The notes beneath the pieces are model-generated. The model worked only from the letters and a program-made list of their open reading frames with translations, made no database searches and was not told the DNA's origin. A stretch of DNA of 46,311 nt from the NCBI GenBank assembly GCA_964202905.1, contig CAXNJO010000018.1, positions 1-46,311 on the forward strand. The letters are read 5' to 3'. Positions 30,654-40,958 of the stretch are shown here, piece after piece. This DNA is from Polyangiales bacterium. GTDB lineage: Bacteria > Myxococcota_A > Polyangia > Polyangiales > JADJQN01. Made by a program: the position numbers and the translations under genes. Position 1 is the stretch's first letter. Each line of letters opens with the position of its first letter.

Positions 30654-32126
30654 GTGAGCCGCGTCGCGCACGTCGCGGCGCTCGCGGTGACGCTGCTCCT
30701 GCTCGGCGCGGCGTGGACGGCCGCGCGGACGGGCTCGCCGACGTCCACGGCGCTCTGCGTCGCGGGCGCGTCGCTCGCGTGGGGCGTGCTGATCGTCACG
30801 GCGGGTGCGCTCTCGCCGCGGCGCGCGCTGTGGCTCGGCGGGCTGTGCGCGCTCGTCGCCGGCGCGGGGTTGGTGCTCGCTCCGCCGGTGCTCTCGGACG
30901 ACCTCTACCGCTATCTCTGGGACGGGCGCGTCGCGCTGTCGGGCACGAGTCCGTACCGTTTCGCGCCGGACGCCGCCGCGCTCGTGCCGCTGCGCGACGC
31001 GCTCTGGCGGCACGTCAACAACGCCGAGATCCCGACGATCTACCCGCCGTTCGCGCAGGCCCTCTTCGTCCTCTGCGCGGCGGTCGCGCACGCGCCGTGG
31101 CCGATCAAGGCGCTCATGCTCGCCGCGCACCTCGGGACGGTGCCGCTCGTCGCCGCGCTCGCCCCTGAGCGCTGGCGTTCGCGCGCCACGCTCGCGTTCG
31201 CGCTCTGCCCGCTCGCCCTCGCGGAGAGCGCGCTCGCGGGGCACGTCGATGCGGTCGCGGGGCTCACGATCGCCGCGGGTGTGCTCGCCCTCACGCGGTC
31301 GCGCGCGGTGCTCGCGGCGGGGCTCTTCGCCCTCGCGAGCGCGACCAAGCTGGTCGGGCTCGTCCTCGCGCCGCTCGTCGCGCTCCGCGACCGGCGCGCC
31401 GCGGTGCTCGCGGTTGCGCTCGCCGTCACGCCGCTCGTCGCGCTCGCGGGGGCCGGGGGGGACGCGCCGGGCGGACTCGGCCACTACACCCGCCGTTGGC
31501 GCGGCAACGAGGGCGCGTTCGTGCTGGTCGAGGGGTTCGCCGGGCTGGCCGTGGATGGCATCGCGGCGTGGACGCGGTCGGCCCCGACGCACATCCGGCT
31601 GCCCGCGTTGCGCGGCGTGCTCGAGCGCGTGCGCGGAACGCCCCTCGACCCGCGCGCGGGGCTCGTCGGACCGAAGAAGAGCGTCCCCGATCCGACGGAC
31701 TTCCAGCGCGCCTACGTCGCCGGCCTGCTGGCGCGCGGGTTGGTCGTCGCGCTCGTCGTCGCGCTCGGCGCATGGCTCGTGCGGCGGGGCGCGGCGCCGC
31801 TCGAGGCCGCGCGCGGCGTGTTGCTCGGCGTGCTGCTCCTCGCGCCGCAGGTGCACCCTTGGTATCTGTCGTGGCTGCTCCCGCTCGAGTGTGCGGCGGG
31901 AGGGATCGCGGGGCTCGTCTACGCCGTCACCGTGCTCGTGGCCTACGCGCCCGGCGACCGCTGGCTCGCTGAGCGCGTGTGGGCCGAGCCGACGGGGGCG
32001 CGCCTCGCGACGCACGGCCTCGTGTGGTTGGTGCTCGCGCTCGAACTGCGCGCGTCGCGCAGACCCAACGAGGGCGGCGCGCCCGGCGTCGGAGCGGACG
32101 CGCCACGACCGACCGTGGCGCATTGA
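30654..32126 (+). CDS. Polytopic GT-C glycosyltransferase (GT87/DUF2029-like)
   Basis: LSDDLYRYLWDG, TIYPP, GHVD, VHPWY and many TM helices. Confidence 0.8.
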   Translation: MSRVAHVAALAVTLLLLGAAWTAARTGSPTSTALCVAGASLAWGVLIVTAGALSPRRALWLGGLCALVAGAGLVLAPPVLSDDLYRYLWDGRVALSGTSPYRFAPDAAALVPLRDALWRHVNNAEIPTIYPPFAQALFVLCAAVAHAPWPIKALMLAAHLGTVPLVAALAPERWRSRATLAFALCPLALAESALAGHVDAVAGLTIAAGVLALTRSRAVLAAGLFALASATKLVGLVLAPLVALRDRRAAVLAVALAVTPLVALAGAGGDAPGGLGHYTRRWRGNEGAFVLVEGFAGLAVDGIAAWTRSAPTHIRLPALRGVLERVRGTPLDPRAGLVGPKKSVPDPTDFQRAYVAGLLARGLVVALVVALGAWLVRRGAAPLEAARGVLLGVLLLAPQVHPWYLSWLLPLECAAGGIAGLVYAVTVLVAYAPGDRWLAERVWAEPTGARLATHGLVWLVLALELRASRRPNEGGAPGVGADAPRPTVAH

Positions 32127-32182
32127 CCCCCGGGGTGCTCGGGGCCTACGCTGCCACGCCCGAAGCGCCGGAAACCACGCCC

Positions 32183-34759
32183 ATGCTCGTCTGCCCCTTC
32201 TGCCGAATCGTCCTCGCCCCGACCGAGCCCGCCTGCCCGCGCGATGCGCGGCATGGCATCGAGCAACTGGTCGAACCGCTCCCGCCCGAGCTCGCTGCGC
32301 GCTTCACGGCGGTCGCGCCCTTCGCGCGCGGCGACACCGGCACGCTCTACGTGGCGGACGAGCCCCAGGCGGGGCGCCGCGGCCTGCTCAAGGTGCTCCA
32401 CCCCGTCGGCGCCATGCACACGGCCGAGCGGCAGCGCGTCAAGCGCGAGCTCGTCAAGCAGGCGACGCTCACGAGCGCGAACCTCGCGATGCCCTCCGCG
32501 ACGGGCGAAGCGGGCGACCTCACCTGGCTGTTCCGCCCGCTGATCGAGGGCGAATCGCTCCGCGTGCGCCTCGCGCGTGACGGCGCGCTGCCCGTGCCCG
32601 AGGCGCTCGCGATCGCCGCGCAGCTCGCCTCGGCGCTCGACGAGCTTCATCGCGCGGGGTTGCTGCAGCGCGACCTCAAGCCGGGGCACGTCATCCTCGC
32701 GCCGCAGGCAGGGCGCGCGCCGCGTGCGGTCCTGGTGGACGCGGGCGTCGCCGCCCACGTCCGCTCGAAGCAGGTCTTCGACGTGCTCGGGACGGCCGCG
32801 TACGTGTCGCCCGAGCAGGCGACGGGCAAGCTCGTGAGCTTCCGCAGCGACCTCTACGCGCTCGGCTGCGTGCTCTTCGAGATGGTCGCGGGCCGACCGC
32901 CCTTCGAGGGCGAGGACGCCGACGTCCTCGAGGCGCACGCGACGCGCCCGCTGCCGCCGCTGCCCGCACAGCTGCCGGCGGGCGCGCAGGCGCTGCTCCA
33001 ATCTCTGCTCGCGCGCGAGCCGCGCGAGCGCCCGTTCTCCGCGCAGCAGGTCCGCCGCTCGCTCGAGCCCTTCCTGCCCGAGGCCTCCGGCGCTCCCGAT
33101 GCGGCCGCTGCCCGTCCGCCGCGCGCCCCGAGCGCCACGCTGCTCGGACTCCCCGTCGTCTCCTCGCCCGCTCCGTCGACCTCCACCCCCGCCACCGGTG
33201 CGCCCGTGACGTCTCCGCAGAAGCCCAGGTCCTCCACCATGCTCGGCATGCCCGCGGTCCTCCCGCCCGCGCCGACCGTGAGCAAGCCGCCTCCGCCTCC
33301 GCCTCCGCCCCCCGCGCCCGGCGGCCCGGTCCTGCTCGGCGAGCCCCAGCCGAGCAAGCCTCCCCCGCCTCCGCCTCCCCCGTCGTTCAGCCCGCCTCCG
33401 CCCCGCGACGCGACGGACGAGCTCGCGGCGCTCGACGCCGACCAGGCGGATTCCGTCCTCTCCGGCGGCGGCGACGACCTCGACTACGACGACCTCGCCG
33501 AGACGAAGGCGGTCGACGTCCAGAGCGTGCTGCAGCAGGGCCTCGCCGCCGCGTCGTCGCGCGTCGCGCCGCCGCCGTCGCTGCAGGGCTTTGCGCCGGT
33601 ACCGCAAGGCTTCGCACCGGCGCCGCAGGGCTTCGCGCCCGGCGCCGCCCCGCTGCCCACGCCTGCGTCCGGTGCCCCCTCGAGTCCGAGCGTCCAGACG
33701 AGCCCCGGCGCGACGTCCTCCCCTGCACCCGTCAAAAAGAAGAGCAAAATCGGGCTCTTCCTGCTCCTCGGGCTGCTCGGCTTCTGCGGCCTCGCGTCCG
33801 CCGTGGGCGTGGGCGGCTACCTCTACGTGAAGTCGAAGGCCGAGGAGGCGCTCGACGCGTCGCTCGGCGCGCTCGCCGCCGCTCCGACGGCGCCCGGCGC
33901 ACCGGCCGAGGTGCCGCCGTTCGGGGACCCCGGCCTCGCCGTCGCGCCGCCCATCCCGGGCGCCGCCGAGCCGCCCGCGGCCGCCGAAGCCGCCCCGGCC
34001 GAGGTCGAGTGGTCGCTCAACACGGAGCCCGCCGGCGCGCGGGTCACGGTCGCAGGGCGCAGCGACGCGTGGACGACGCCGGCGACGCTCCGGCTCCCCC
34101 CCGGCACGTACACCGTCACGATGACCGCCGAGGGCCATGCGCCGAGCGAGCAGGTCGTCGACATGCGCGCGAACGGCGGGAGCTTCTTCAGCCTCGGGCG
34201 CAGCCCGGAGGCAGCGCCTCCAGTGGTCGCGGTCGCCGAGCCCGAGCGCAGCGGGAGCGAGCGCAGCGGCGGTGAGCGCGGCACCGAGCGCAGCGGGAGC
34301 GAGCGCAGCGGCGGTGAGCGCGGCACCGAGCGCAGCGGCAACGAGCGCAGCGGCGGTGAGCGCAGCGGGGGCGCAGCAGCCGCCGAGGCCCCGGCCGCGG
34401 CGGCGCAGAGCCCCTTCGACGCGCTGCGCGAGGCTGCGCGCGGTCATTTCGCGGCGGGTCGCTACCGCGAGGCGTCCGCCGTCTACGAGCGCGCCGCGGC
34501 CCTCAACCCGAGCCACGCCGGTACGTTCGCTGGCCTCGGTGCCTCACGCCTGAGGATGAACGACGCGCGCGGGGCGGTGGTCGCTTACGAGAAGGCGGTC
34601 CAACTCCAGCCGACGTCGGCGCCCTTCCTCGCAGCGCTCGGGCGCGCACACCTCGGAGCGGGCAACCGCGCCGGCGCGCGGGCCGCCTTCCAGCGGGCGC
34701 TCAGCCTCGACCCGAACAACGGCGCCGCCCGCGAGGGGATGCAGCAGACCGGCGGCTGA
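32183..34759 (+). CDS. Ser/Thr kinase-like membrane protein with PEGA and TPR domains and degenerate catalytic motifs
   Basis: QRDLKPGH, DAG, GTAAYVSPEQ, SDLYALG, TM, PEGA (NTEPAGARV...PGTYTV) and C-terminal TPRs. Confidence 0.88.
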   Translation: MLVCPFCRIVLAPTEPACPRDARHGIEQLVEPLPPELAARFTAVAPFARGDTGTLYVADEPQAGRRGLLKVLHPVGAMHTAERQRVKRELVKQATLTSANLAMPSATGEAGDLTWLFRPLIEGESLRVRLARDGALPVPEALAIAAQLASALDELHRAGLLQRDLKPGHVILAPQAGRAPRAVLVDAGVAAHVRSKQVFDVLGTAAYVSPEQATGKLVSFRSDLYALGCVLFEMVAGRPPFEGEDADVLEAHATRPLPPLPAQLPAGAQALLQSLLAREPRERPFSAQQVRRSLEPFLPEASGAPDAAAARPPRAPSATLLGLPVVSSPAPSTSTPATGAPVTSPQKPRSSTMLGMPAVLPPAPTVSKPPPPPPPPPAPGGPVLLGEPQPSKPPPPPPPPSFSPPPPRDATDELAALDADQADSVLSGGGDDLDYDDLAETKAVDVQSVLQQGLAAASSRVAPPPSLQGFAPVPQGFAPAPQGFAPGAAPLPTPASGAPSSPSVQTSPGATSSPAPVKKKSKIGLFLLLGLLGFCGLASAVGVGGYLYVKSKAEEALDASLGALAAAPTAPGAPAEVPPFGDPGLAVAPPIPGAAEPPAAAEAAPAEVEWSLNTEPAGARVTVAGRSDAWTTPATLRLPPGTYTVTMTAEGHAPSEQVVDMRANGGSFFSLGRSPEAAPPVVAVAEPERSGSERSGGERGTERSGSERSGGERGTERSGNERSGGERSGGAAAAEAPAAAAQSPFDALREAARGHFAAGRYREASAVYERAAALNPSHAGTFAGLGASRLRMNDARGAVVAYEKAVQLQPTSAPFLAALGRAHLGAGNRAGARAAFQRALSLDPNNGAAREGMQQTGG
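34244..34369 (+). repeat. 15-bp coding tandem repeat (ERSGS/ERSGG/ERGT)
   Basis: Repeated GAGCGCAGCGG units in the kinase linker. Confidence 0.85.
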
Positions 34760-35039
34760 GCTCGGTCCCCGGGCGCGCGCCAGCCGGGCTCGGCCCACGC
34801 GCACCCTGGGCCCCCTGCGATCCGGCCGCTGCGACCGCGCCAGAGCGCGATCCTCGACCACGCGCGCCGCTCCAGCACCGGACGGTCGTCGTCGACCGCC
34901 CCTGTCCAACACATCGCGCGCCCGTCTGGCGACTACCTCGTGCCCCGGGGCCGCGGCGTTTGTCCGCAAGCCCCCGAGAGCGGCTCAGCGCGTCCAGCGG
35001 GGATCGAGATCTCCCGCGGGACGCGCGTGGGCGAGGAGG

Positions 35040-37049
35040 TCAGCCCTTCTTCGGGCCGCGCGGCTTCGGCGGACCGAAGCCCCCCGACCGCGGACGATCA
35101 TCGCGACGCGGCGGTGAAGGCGCATCGCCCCCGAACCTGCGCGGCGGCGGACCATCCCGGCGCGGCCCACGGTTGCCCTGCGGCGCGTCTCCGCCGAACC
35201 TGCGCGGGGGCGGCCCGTCACGGCGCGGCCCGCGGTCACCCTGCGGCGCGTCGCCGCCGAACCTGCGCGGCGGCGGCCCGTCACGGCGCGGCCCACGGTC
35301 ACCCTGCGGCGCGTCACCGCCGAACCTGCGCGGCGGCGGCCCGTCACGGCGCGGCCCACGGTCGCCCTGCGGCGCGTCGCCGCCGAACCTGCGCGGCGGC
35401 GGCCCATCCCGGCGCGGCCCGCGATCGCCCTGCGGCGCATCGCCGCCGAACCTGCGCGGCGGCGGTCCATCCCGGCGCGGCCCGCGATCGCCCTGCGGCG
35501 CATCGCCGCCGAACCTGCGCGGCGGCGGTCCATCCCGGCGCGGCCCGCGATCGCCCTGCGGCGCATCGCCGCCGAACCTGCGCGGCGGCGGTCCATCCCG
35601 GCGCGGCCCGCGATCGCCCTGCGGCGCATCGCCGCCGAACCTGCGCGGCGGCGGTCCATCCCGGCGTGGCCCACGATCGCCCTGCGGCGCATCGCCGCCG
35701 AACCTGCGCGGCGGCGGCCCATCACGGCGCGGCCCGCGATCGCCCTGCGGCGCATCGCCGCCGAACCTGCGCGGCGGCGGCCCATCACGGCGCGGCCCGC
35801 GATCGACCGGCGGCCCCCCGCGCTCGTCGCGTCCCTGGGGGCGCGCTTCGCGTGAACCCCACGCGGCCTTGGGCGCGGGCGTGTTGCCGCCCGCCGGACG
35901 TGCGGCGGCGCGATCCCCCGCCACGGTCGGCGCGTCCCCCGCTTCGTCGTCCCCGTCGGCGTCTTCGTCCTCGTCGGCGTCTTCGTCCTCGTCGGCGTCT
36001 TCGTCCTCGTCGGCGTCTTCGTCCTCGTCGGCGTCTTCGTCCTCGTCGGCGTCCTCGTCCTCGTCGGCGTCCTCGTCCTCGTCGGCGTCCGCTTCGGCGT
36101 CCGCTTCGTCGTGCGCCTGTGCATCCTCGTCGGCCTCGCCGTGTGCCTCGGCGTCCTCGTCGGCGTCCTCGTCGGCGTCCTCGTCGGTGTGCGCCTCTTG
36201 GTCCTCGTCCGCGGCGCGCTCGTCTGCGGGAAGGGCGGCGACCTCGTCTTCGTCTGCTGCGGCGAGTGCCTCGTCGTCGGCGACGGCGAGGTCCTCGCCG
36301 TCATTCACCTTCCGCGCGTCCGCGCGCCAGTCGGCCGTGCCAGCACCGCCGCGGGTGTCGCGTGCGCGGGCGTCCTCGTCCTCGCGGGCGAAGGGCGCGA
36401 GCAACTGTGCGGCCGCGGTCAGCGCGGAGGAGACATGCGTGGCGGGCACCGCCATCACGATCACCGGGCCCTCCTCGGTCACCTCGATCTGCGCGCCCGG
36501 AGCGGCGCCGACCTCGGCGAACGCGGCCTCGACGCGCATCCAGATCGCGACGGTGCGCTCGGCGATCGGCTCGGGGAAGCTGCCTTCGACGTCCTCGACG
36601 ATGGCCCGCGCCAGGCCCGGCTCGAGGCCGAGCACGCCCTCGACGAAGGCGTCGAAGCTCGTGATGCTGCGGCCACGCCAGAGGGCCGTGCGTGCCGCGT
36701 GCGCGAGGGCCTCGCCGAGGGCGCCCCGCGCCTCGCCGTCCTCATCGTGCGGGAGGGCGGCCACGAGCCCCTGGATGAGCGGCAGGTGCGCGTCGTACAC
36801 GGCCCGCGCGTGGCGGTTCGCGACGCCCGGCACGAGGTAGACGGCCCGCGGATCGTCGAGGCGCGTCGCGGGGCGCGGGCGGCTGATCCGCTTGTCGTCG
36901 CTGCGAGCAAAGGCCTCGAGCTCGGGCGGGAGGCGCTTCCGCTCATCGGGTGGGCGGCGGACGACCCGCATGGGCCCGACCTTCTCCTCGGGGGGGGTGG
37001 GGGGATTGGTGAACTTTCCGCGACCGCTGGGCGACTTCGGCTTGGGCAT
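35040..37049 (-). CDS. Hypothetical protein: globular N-terminus, acidic tract and 11 x 21-aa Arg/Gly/Pro repeats
   Basis: ATG 37049 (MPKPKSPSGRGK), ADEDED repeats and DRGPRRDGPPPRRFGGDAPQG x11. Confidence 0.8.
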   Translation of the reverse strand: MPKPKSPSGRGKFTNPPTPPEEKVGPMRVVRRPPDERKRLPPELEAFARSDDKRISRPRPATRLDDPRAVYLVPGVANRHARAVYDAHLPLIQGLVAALPHDEDGEARGALGEALAHAARTALWRGRSITSFDAFVEGVLGLEPGLARAIVEDVEGSFPEPIAERTVAIWMRVEAAFAEVGAAPGAQIEVTEEGPVIVMAVPATHVSSALTAAAQLLAPFAREDEDARARDTRGGAGTADWRADARKVNDGEDLAVADDEALAAADEDEVAALPADERAADEDQEAHTDEDADEDADEDAEAHGEADEDAQAHDEADAEADADEDEDADEDEDADEDEDADEDEDADEDEDADEDEDADEDEDADGDDEAGDAPTVAGDRAAARPAGGNTPAPKAAWGSREARPQGRDERGGPPVDRGPRRDGPPPRRFGGDAPQGDRGPRRDGPPPRRFGGDAPQGDRGPRRDGPPPRRFGGDAPQGDRGPRRDGPPPRRFGGDAPQGDRGPRRDGPPPRRFGGDAPQGDRGPRRDGPPPRRFGGDAPQGDRGPRRDGPPPRRFGGDAPQGDRGPRRDGPPPRRFGGDAPQGDRGPRRDGPPPRRFGGDAPQGDRGPRRDGPPPRRFGGDAPQGNRGPRRDGPPPRRFGGDAPSPPRRDDRPRSGGFGPPKPRGPKKG
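35119..35810 (-). repeat. 63-bp coding tandem repeat x11
   Basis: CCGAACCTGC recurs at 35131, 35194, ... 35761 with an exact 63-bp period. Confidence 0.95.
35955..36090 (-). repeat. 18-bp coding tandem repeat (ADEDED)
   Basis: About 7 copies of TCGGCGTCTTCGTCCTCG or a close variant. Confidence 0.9.
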
Positions 37050-37206
37050 GGGGAGGGCGCGGTGTAGCACCCGCCCCGCGGGAAGCCCCTGCCCCGCGCC
37101 CCTTTTTTCCGCTTGCAGGGCGGGTCCGGATCCGTAGACTGCGCTCCCCTTGCCCACGAGGGGTCTCCTCGGAGTCGCTCTCGGGGCCGCAGAAAAGGAC
37201 ACATCC

Positions 37207-37515
37207 ATGTACGCAGTCATCCGCACCGGCGGCAAGCAGTACCGAGTGACCGAGGGCGACCGCCTTCGCGTCGAGAAGCTCGCAGGCGAGGTCGGCGCGA
37301 GCATCGTCCTCGGCGACGTGCTCATGGTCGGCGGCGAGACGGTCGTCGTCGGCAAGCCCGTCATCGCGGGCGCCCGCGTCACCGCGACCATCACCGCGCA
37401 GGATCGCGCGAAGAAGGTCATCGTCTTCAAGTTCCGCCGCCGCAAGAACTACCGCCGGAAGAACGGGCACCGTCAGCCCTACACCGAGCTCAAGATCACC
37501 GGGGTCTCGGCCTGA
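37207..37515 (+). CDS. rplU: 50S ribosomal protein L21
   Basis: [14 protein letters not shown]...[20 protein letters not shown]. Confidence 0.98.
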   Translation: MYAVIRTGGKQYRVTEGDRLRVEKLAGEVGASIVLGDVLMVGGETVVVGKPVIAGARVTATITAQDRAKKVIVFKFRRRKNYRRKNGHRQPYTELKITGVSA

Positions 37516-37562
37516 GCGCCGGCGCTTCCCTGCAACCCTGACCGAGACACGAGGCAAGGACC

Positions 37563-37904
37563 ATGGCGCACAAAAAAGGCGGCGGCTCCACGCGCAACGG
37601 GCGTGATTCCAGCGCGCAATACCGCGGCGTGAAGATCTACGCGGGGCAGGAGATCACCGCGGGCAGTATCCTCGTCCGGCAGGTCGGCTCGACCTTCCAC
37701 GCCGGCAACAACGTGGGCGTCGGCAGCGACTACACGCTCTACGCGCGCATCGACGGCGTCGTGCGCTACGAGCGCCTCGGCCGCGACCGCAAGAAGGTCA
37801 GCGTCTACACCGCCAACGACCCGCGGCTCACGGCCGTCGCGCCGACGCGCGGCGTGTACTCCCAGAAGAAGAACGCCGCCGCGAAGGCAGCCGCCCCGAA
37901 CTGA
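37563..37904 (+). CDS. rpmA: 50S ribosomal protein L27 with a C-terminal extension
   Basis: [16 protein letters not shown]...GSILVRQ. Confidence 0.98.
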   Translation: MAHKKGGGSTRNGRDSSAQYRGVKIYAGQEITAGSILVRQVGSTFHAGNNVGVGSDYTLYARIDGVVRYERLGRDRKKVSVYTANDPRLTAVAPTRGVYSQKKNAAAKAAAPN

Positions 37905-37933
37905 GCGCACGCCGCTCCCCTCGGGCACCGAGC

Positions 37934-37963
37934 ACGCCGCTCCCACGAGGGGGCGGCGTTTTT
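37934..37963 (+). terminator. Rho-independent terminator of rplU-rpmA
   Basis: ACGCCGCTCCC-loop-GGGGGCGGCGT followed by a T run. Confidence 0.8.
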
Positions 37964-38026
37964 CGTGGCATCGACGCGGGTGCGCTGCGGGCGGGGCACG
38001 CGTTCGCGCGTGCTACGGTGCCGCGC

Positions 38027-39646
38027 GTGAGAGATTCGGCAGCCTCGGGCGAGGCGGATGGAGTCACGGAGCCGGGCGTCCCCGCGCTCGGCCCGGACGA
38101 GGGCCCCGCGCAACTGCTGTTGCCGATCCCCGAGCTGCGGCTCGTCGCGGACGCTGGGCCACCCCCTGCGCTCGTGCGGCGCGTCTACGTGAATCGCAAC
38201 CTGCGGCTCGACCAGATCGACGCCGTCGGCTTCGACATGGACTACACGCTGGCCATCTACCACCAGCCCGAGATGGACCGGCTGAGCATCGAGGCCACCA
38301 TCGAGAAGCTGCTCGCGCGCGGCTATCCCGAGCGCTTGCGCACGATGCCGTACCGCACCGACTTCGCGATCCGCGGCCTGCTCATCGACAAGAAGCACGG
38401 GAACGTGCTGAAGATGGACCGCTACCGCTACGTGAAGAAGGCCTATCACGGCATGCGCGAGCTGACGCGCGAAGAGCGCCGCGCGCTCTATCACACGCAG
38501 CGCATCCGCGTCGGCACGCCGCGTTACCACTGGGTCGACACGCTCTATGCGCTCAGCGAAGTGTGCGTGTTCGCGGCCGCGGTCGATGCCCTCGAGAAGG
38601 ATGGTCTCGAGGTCGATTACGACAAGCTCTTCCGCGACGTCCGCGCGTGCATCGACCTCGCGCACCAGGACGGCACCATCCTCGACATGGTGCTCTCGGA
38701 TCTTCCACGTTTCGTGCGGCGCGATCCGCTGCTCGCCGAGACGCTCCACAAGCTGCGCAGCGCGGGCAAGCGCCTCTTCGTCCTCACGAACAGCCGCGCG
38801 GCCTACACCGATCGTCTGATGACCTACTTGCTCGGCGAAGCGCGTCCCGAATACCCCTCGTGGCGCAATTACTTCGACGTCATCGTCACGGCCGCGGGCA
38901 AACCACGCTTCTTCACGGAGGACGCCGCGTTGCTCGAGGTCGACGAGCACGGCGCCTCGACCGCGCGCGCGGCCACGCAGCTCGAGCGCGGGCGCGTCTA
39001 CGCGGGCGGCAACATCGCGGAGTTCGAGCGCCTCTTCGCGACGGGCGGCGACCGCATCCTCTACGTCGGCGATCACATCTACGGAGACGTCCTGCGCGCC
39101 AAAAAGGACAGCGCCTGGCGCACCGCCATGATCGTGCAGGAGATGGCCGAAGAGCTCGCGGCGCACGAGCGCTGCGGCGACGACCTCGGGCGCCACGCGT
39201 CACTCGAGCAGTCGCGAGACGGCCTCTACGACGAGCTCCGCGCGCGTCAGCGTCGCTTCAAGGAGTGGGCACGTCAGCTCGAGGAGCTCGACGCGCTGCA
39301 GACCTCGACGACGAGCGCCGGGGAGCTCGCGGCGGGTCCCGGACTCGACGGGCCGACGCGCGCCGAACTCGAGGTCGCGCGCCTCCGCGAGAAGCGCGCG
39401 ATCGACCGCGTGCGGCAGCGCCTGCGCGCGATCGAAGTCGAGATCGACGAGCTCGAGCGCCGCATCAGCGTGGCCTTCCACCCGTTCTGGGGCTCGCTCT
39501 TCAAGTCGGGCCCCGAGGTCAGCATCTTCGGCGATCAGGTCGAGCAGTACGCGTGCCTCTACACCGAGCGCGTCTCGAATCTTCTCACCTACTCGCCGAT
39601 GCACTATTTCCGCTCGCCGCGCGATCGCATGCCCCACGAGTTGTGA
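38027..39646 (+). CDS. HAD-IG family purine 5'-nucleotidase (cN-II-like)
   Basis: VYVNRNL, GFDMDYTLA, LTNS, KPRFF and LYVGDHIYGD. Confidence 0.93.
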   Translation: MRDSAASGEADGVTEPGVPALGPDEGPAQLLLPIPELRLVADAGPPPALVRRVYVNRNLRLDQIDAVGFDMDYTLAIYHQPEMDRLSIEATIEKLLARGYPERLRTMPYRTDFAIRGLLIDKKHGNVLKMDRYRYVKKAYHGMRELTREERRALYHTQRIRVGTPRYHWVDTLYALSEVCVFAAAVDALEKDGLEVDYDKLFRDVRACIDLAHQDGTILDMVLSDLPRFVRRDPLLAETLHKLRSAGKRLFVLTNSRAAYTDRLMTYLLGEARPEYPSWRNYFDVIVTAAGKPRFFTEDAALLEVDEHGASTARAATQLERGRVYAGGNIAEFERLFATGGDRILYVGDHIYGDVLRAKKDSAWRTAMIVQEMAEELAAHERCGDDLGRHASLEQSRDGLYDELRARQRRFKEWARQLEELDALQTSTTSAGELAAGPGLDGPTRAELEVARLREKRAIDRVRQRLRAIEVEIDELERRISVAFHPFWGSLFKSGPEVSIFGDQVEQYACLYTERVSNLLTYSPMHYFRSPRDRMPHEL

Positions 39647-39812
39647 GGGCGGGGAGCGCGACCGCGGCCCCTCCGCGGCGACCGCGCGTCCTGCGTCCGT
39701 GGCCGCGCCGTTTGACGCGGTGCGCTGCCGCAGGTAATTTCCGCCGCTTCGGCGTACGCAGGTGAGCGTACGCCTTCGCGCGGCGCTCTTCGGCGCGGCG
39801 TAGCCCCGGAGG

Positions 39813-40958
39813 ATGACGACGATGTCCTGGAAGAGCTGGATGATTTCCGCTGCGGTGTTCGCTTCGGCGCTTGCGGCCTGTGGTGACGACGACGACGCGC
39901 CGCCCCCGCCCCCGCCCGCCGACATGGGCGTGGACATGAACGCCCCGGCCGACGACCTCGGGCCGCCCACCGACGCGGGCCCCGCGGACGCCGGCCCGCC
40001 GAGCGGCGAGTGCGACCCATGGGTCGCCGACAGCTGCGCGGCCCCGAACAAGTGCGCGGTCGTCATCCGCAACAGCGGCCTGCCGAACGCGGCCGTCACG
40101 TTCGAGTGCGTCCCCGCGGCGGCCCAGCGGCGCGGCGGCCAGGTCTGCAACTTCGCGGATCTGCCCGGCGGCACGCGCGTCGACGGCGGCAACGTCGATT
40201 TCTACGACCTCTGCGAGCAGGGCACCTTCTGCTGGGAGACGCCGCCGATCCCGGGCTTCCCCCCGCAGCCCCGCTCGTGCCAGCCGCTCTGCGGCGCCGA
40301 GGGCGTATTCTGCGGCGACACCGAGTACTGCGCGCTCCTCAACGCGGACGACCCGGCCACCGCGACGGTCGAGCCGACGTTCGGCGTGTGCACGCCTGCG
40401 GCCGGCTGCGATCCCGTCTTCCAGACGGGCTGCACCGCCCCCGGTGACGCTTGCTACATCGTGTCGAGCACGCGCGGCGACCTGCTCGGCGCCTGCCTCG
40501 AGGTCGACCGCGACGCGGACGCGGGCACGCCCTTCGTGCCCGGCACGCCGTGCGATTTCGCGACGCAGTGCGCCCCGGGCGCGGGCTGCCTCCCGACGAT
40601 CGAGGGCGGGGCCTTCGGCATGGGCGCGCGCGCGTGCCGCGAGTACTGCGAGGCCCCGGGCGGCGGCGGCGGCTTCGGCGGCAGCCGCCTCGACGCGGGC
40701 GTCGACGCGGGTGACGTCGACGCGGGTGACGTCGACGCGGGTGACGTCGACGCGGGCGCGCCGGATCTCGGCCCGCCGGATCTCGGCGCGCCGGATCTCG
40801 GCGCGCCGGATCTCGGCCCGCCGGATCTCGGCACCGACGCCGGTCCGCCGCGCACCGGGCTCTGCCTGCCGTCGCTGAGCTGCGTCGCGTTCCCCGTCGG
40901 TGACGCCGACGCGGGCACGATGGTGCGCTTCGAGACCAACCCCGGCCTCTGTCAGTGA
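39813..40958 (+). CDS. Cys-rich secreted lipoprotein
   Basis: Lipobox LAAC-GDDDD, many cysteines, and DAGDV and PDLGA pentapeptide repeats at about 40690-40832. Confidence 0.85.
   Translation: MTTMSWKSWMISAAVFASALAACGDDDDAPPPPPPADMGVDMNAPADDLGPPTDAGPADAGPPSGECDPWVADSCAAPNKCAVVIRNSGLPNAAVTFECVPAAAQRRGGQVCNFADLPGGTRVDGGNVDFYDLCEQGTFCWETPPIPGFPPQPRSCQPLCGAEGVFCGDTEYCALLNADDPATATVEPTFGVCTPAAGCDPVFQTGCTAPGDACYIVSSTRGDLLGACLEVDRDADAGTPFVPGTPCDFATQCAPGAGCLPTIEGGAFGMGARACREYCEAPGGGGGFGGSRLDAGVDAGDVDAGDVDAGDVDAGAPDLGPPDLGAPDLGAPDLGPPDLGTDAGPPRTGLCLPSLSCVAFPVGDADAGTMVRFETNPGLCQ

Noticed and set aside
35119..35810. CRISPR-like 63-bp periodicity
   Set aside because: The whole unit is conserved and in frame, with variation mostly at synonymous positions. 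It is a coding repeat.
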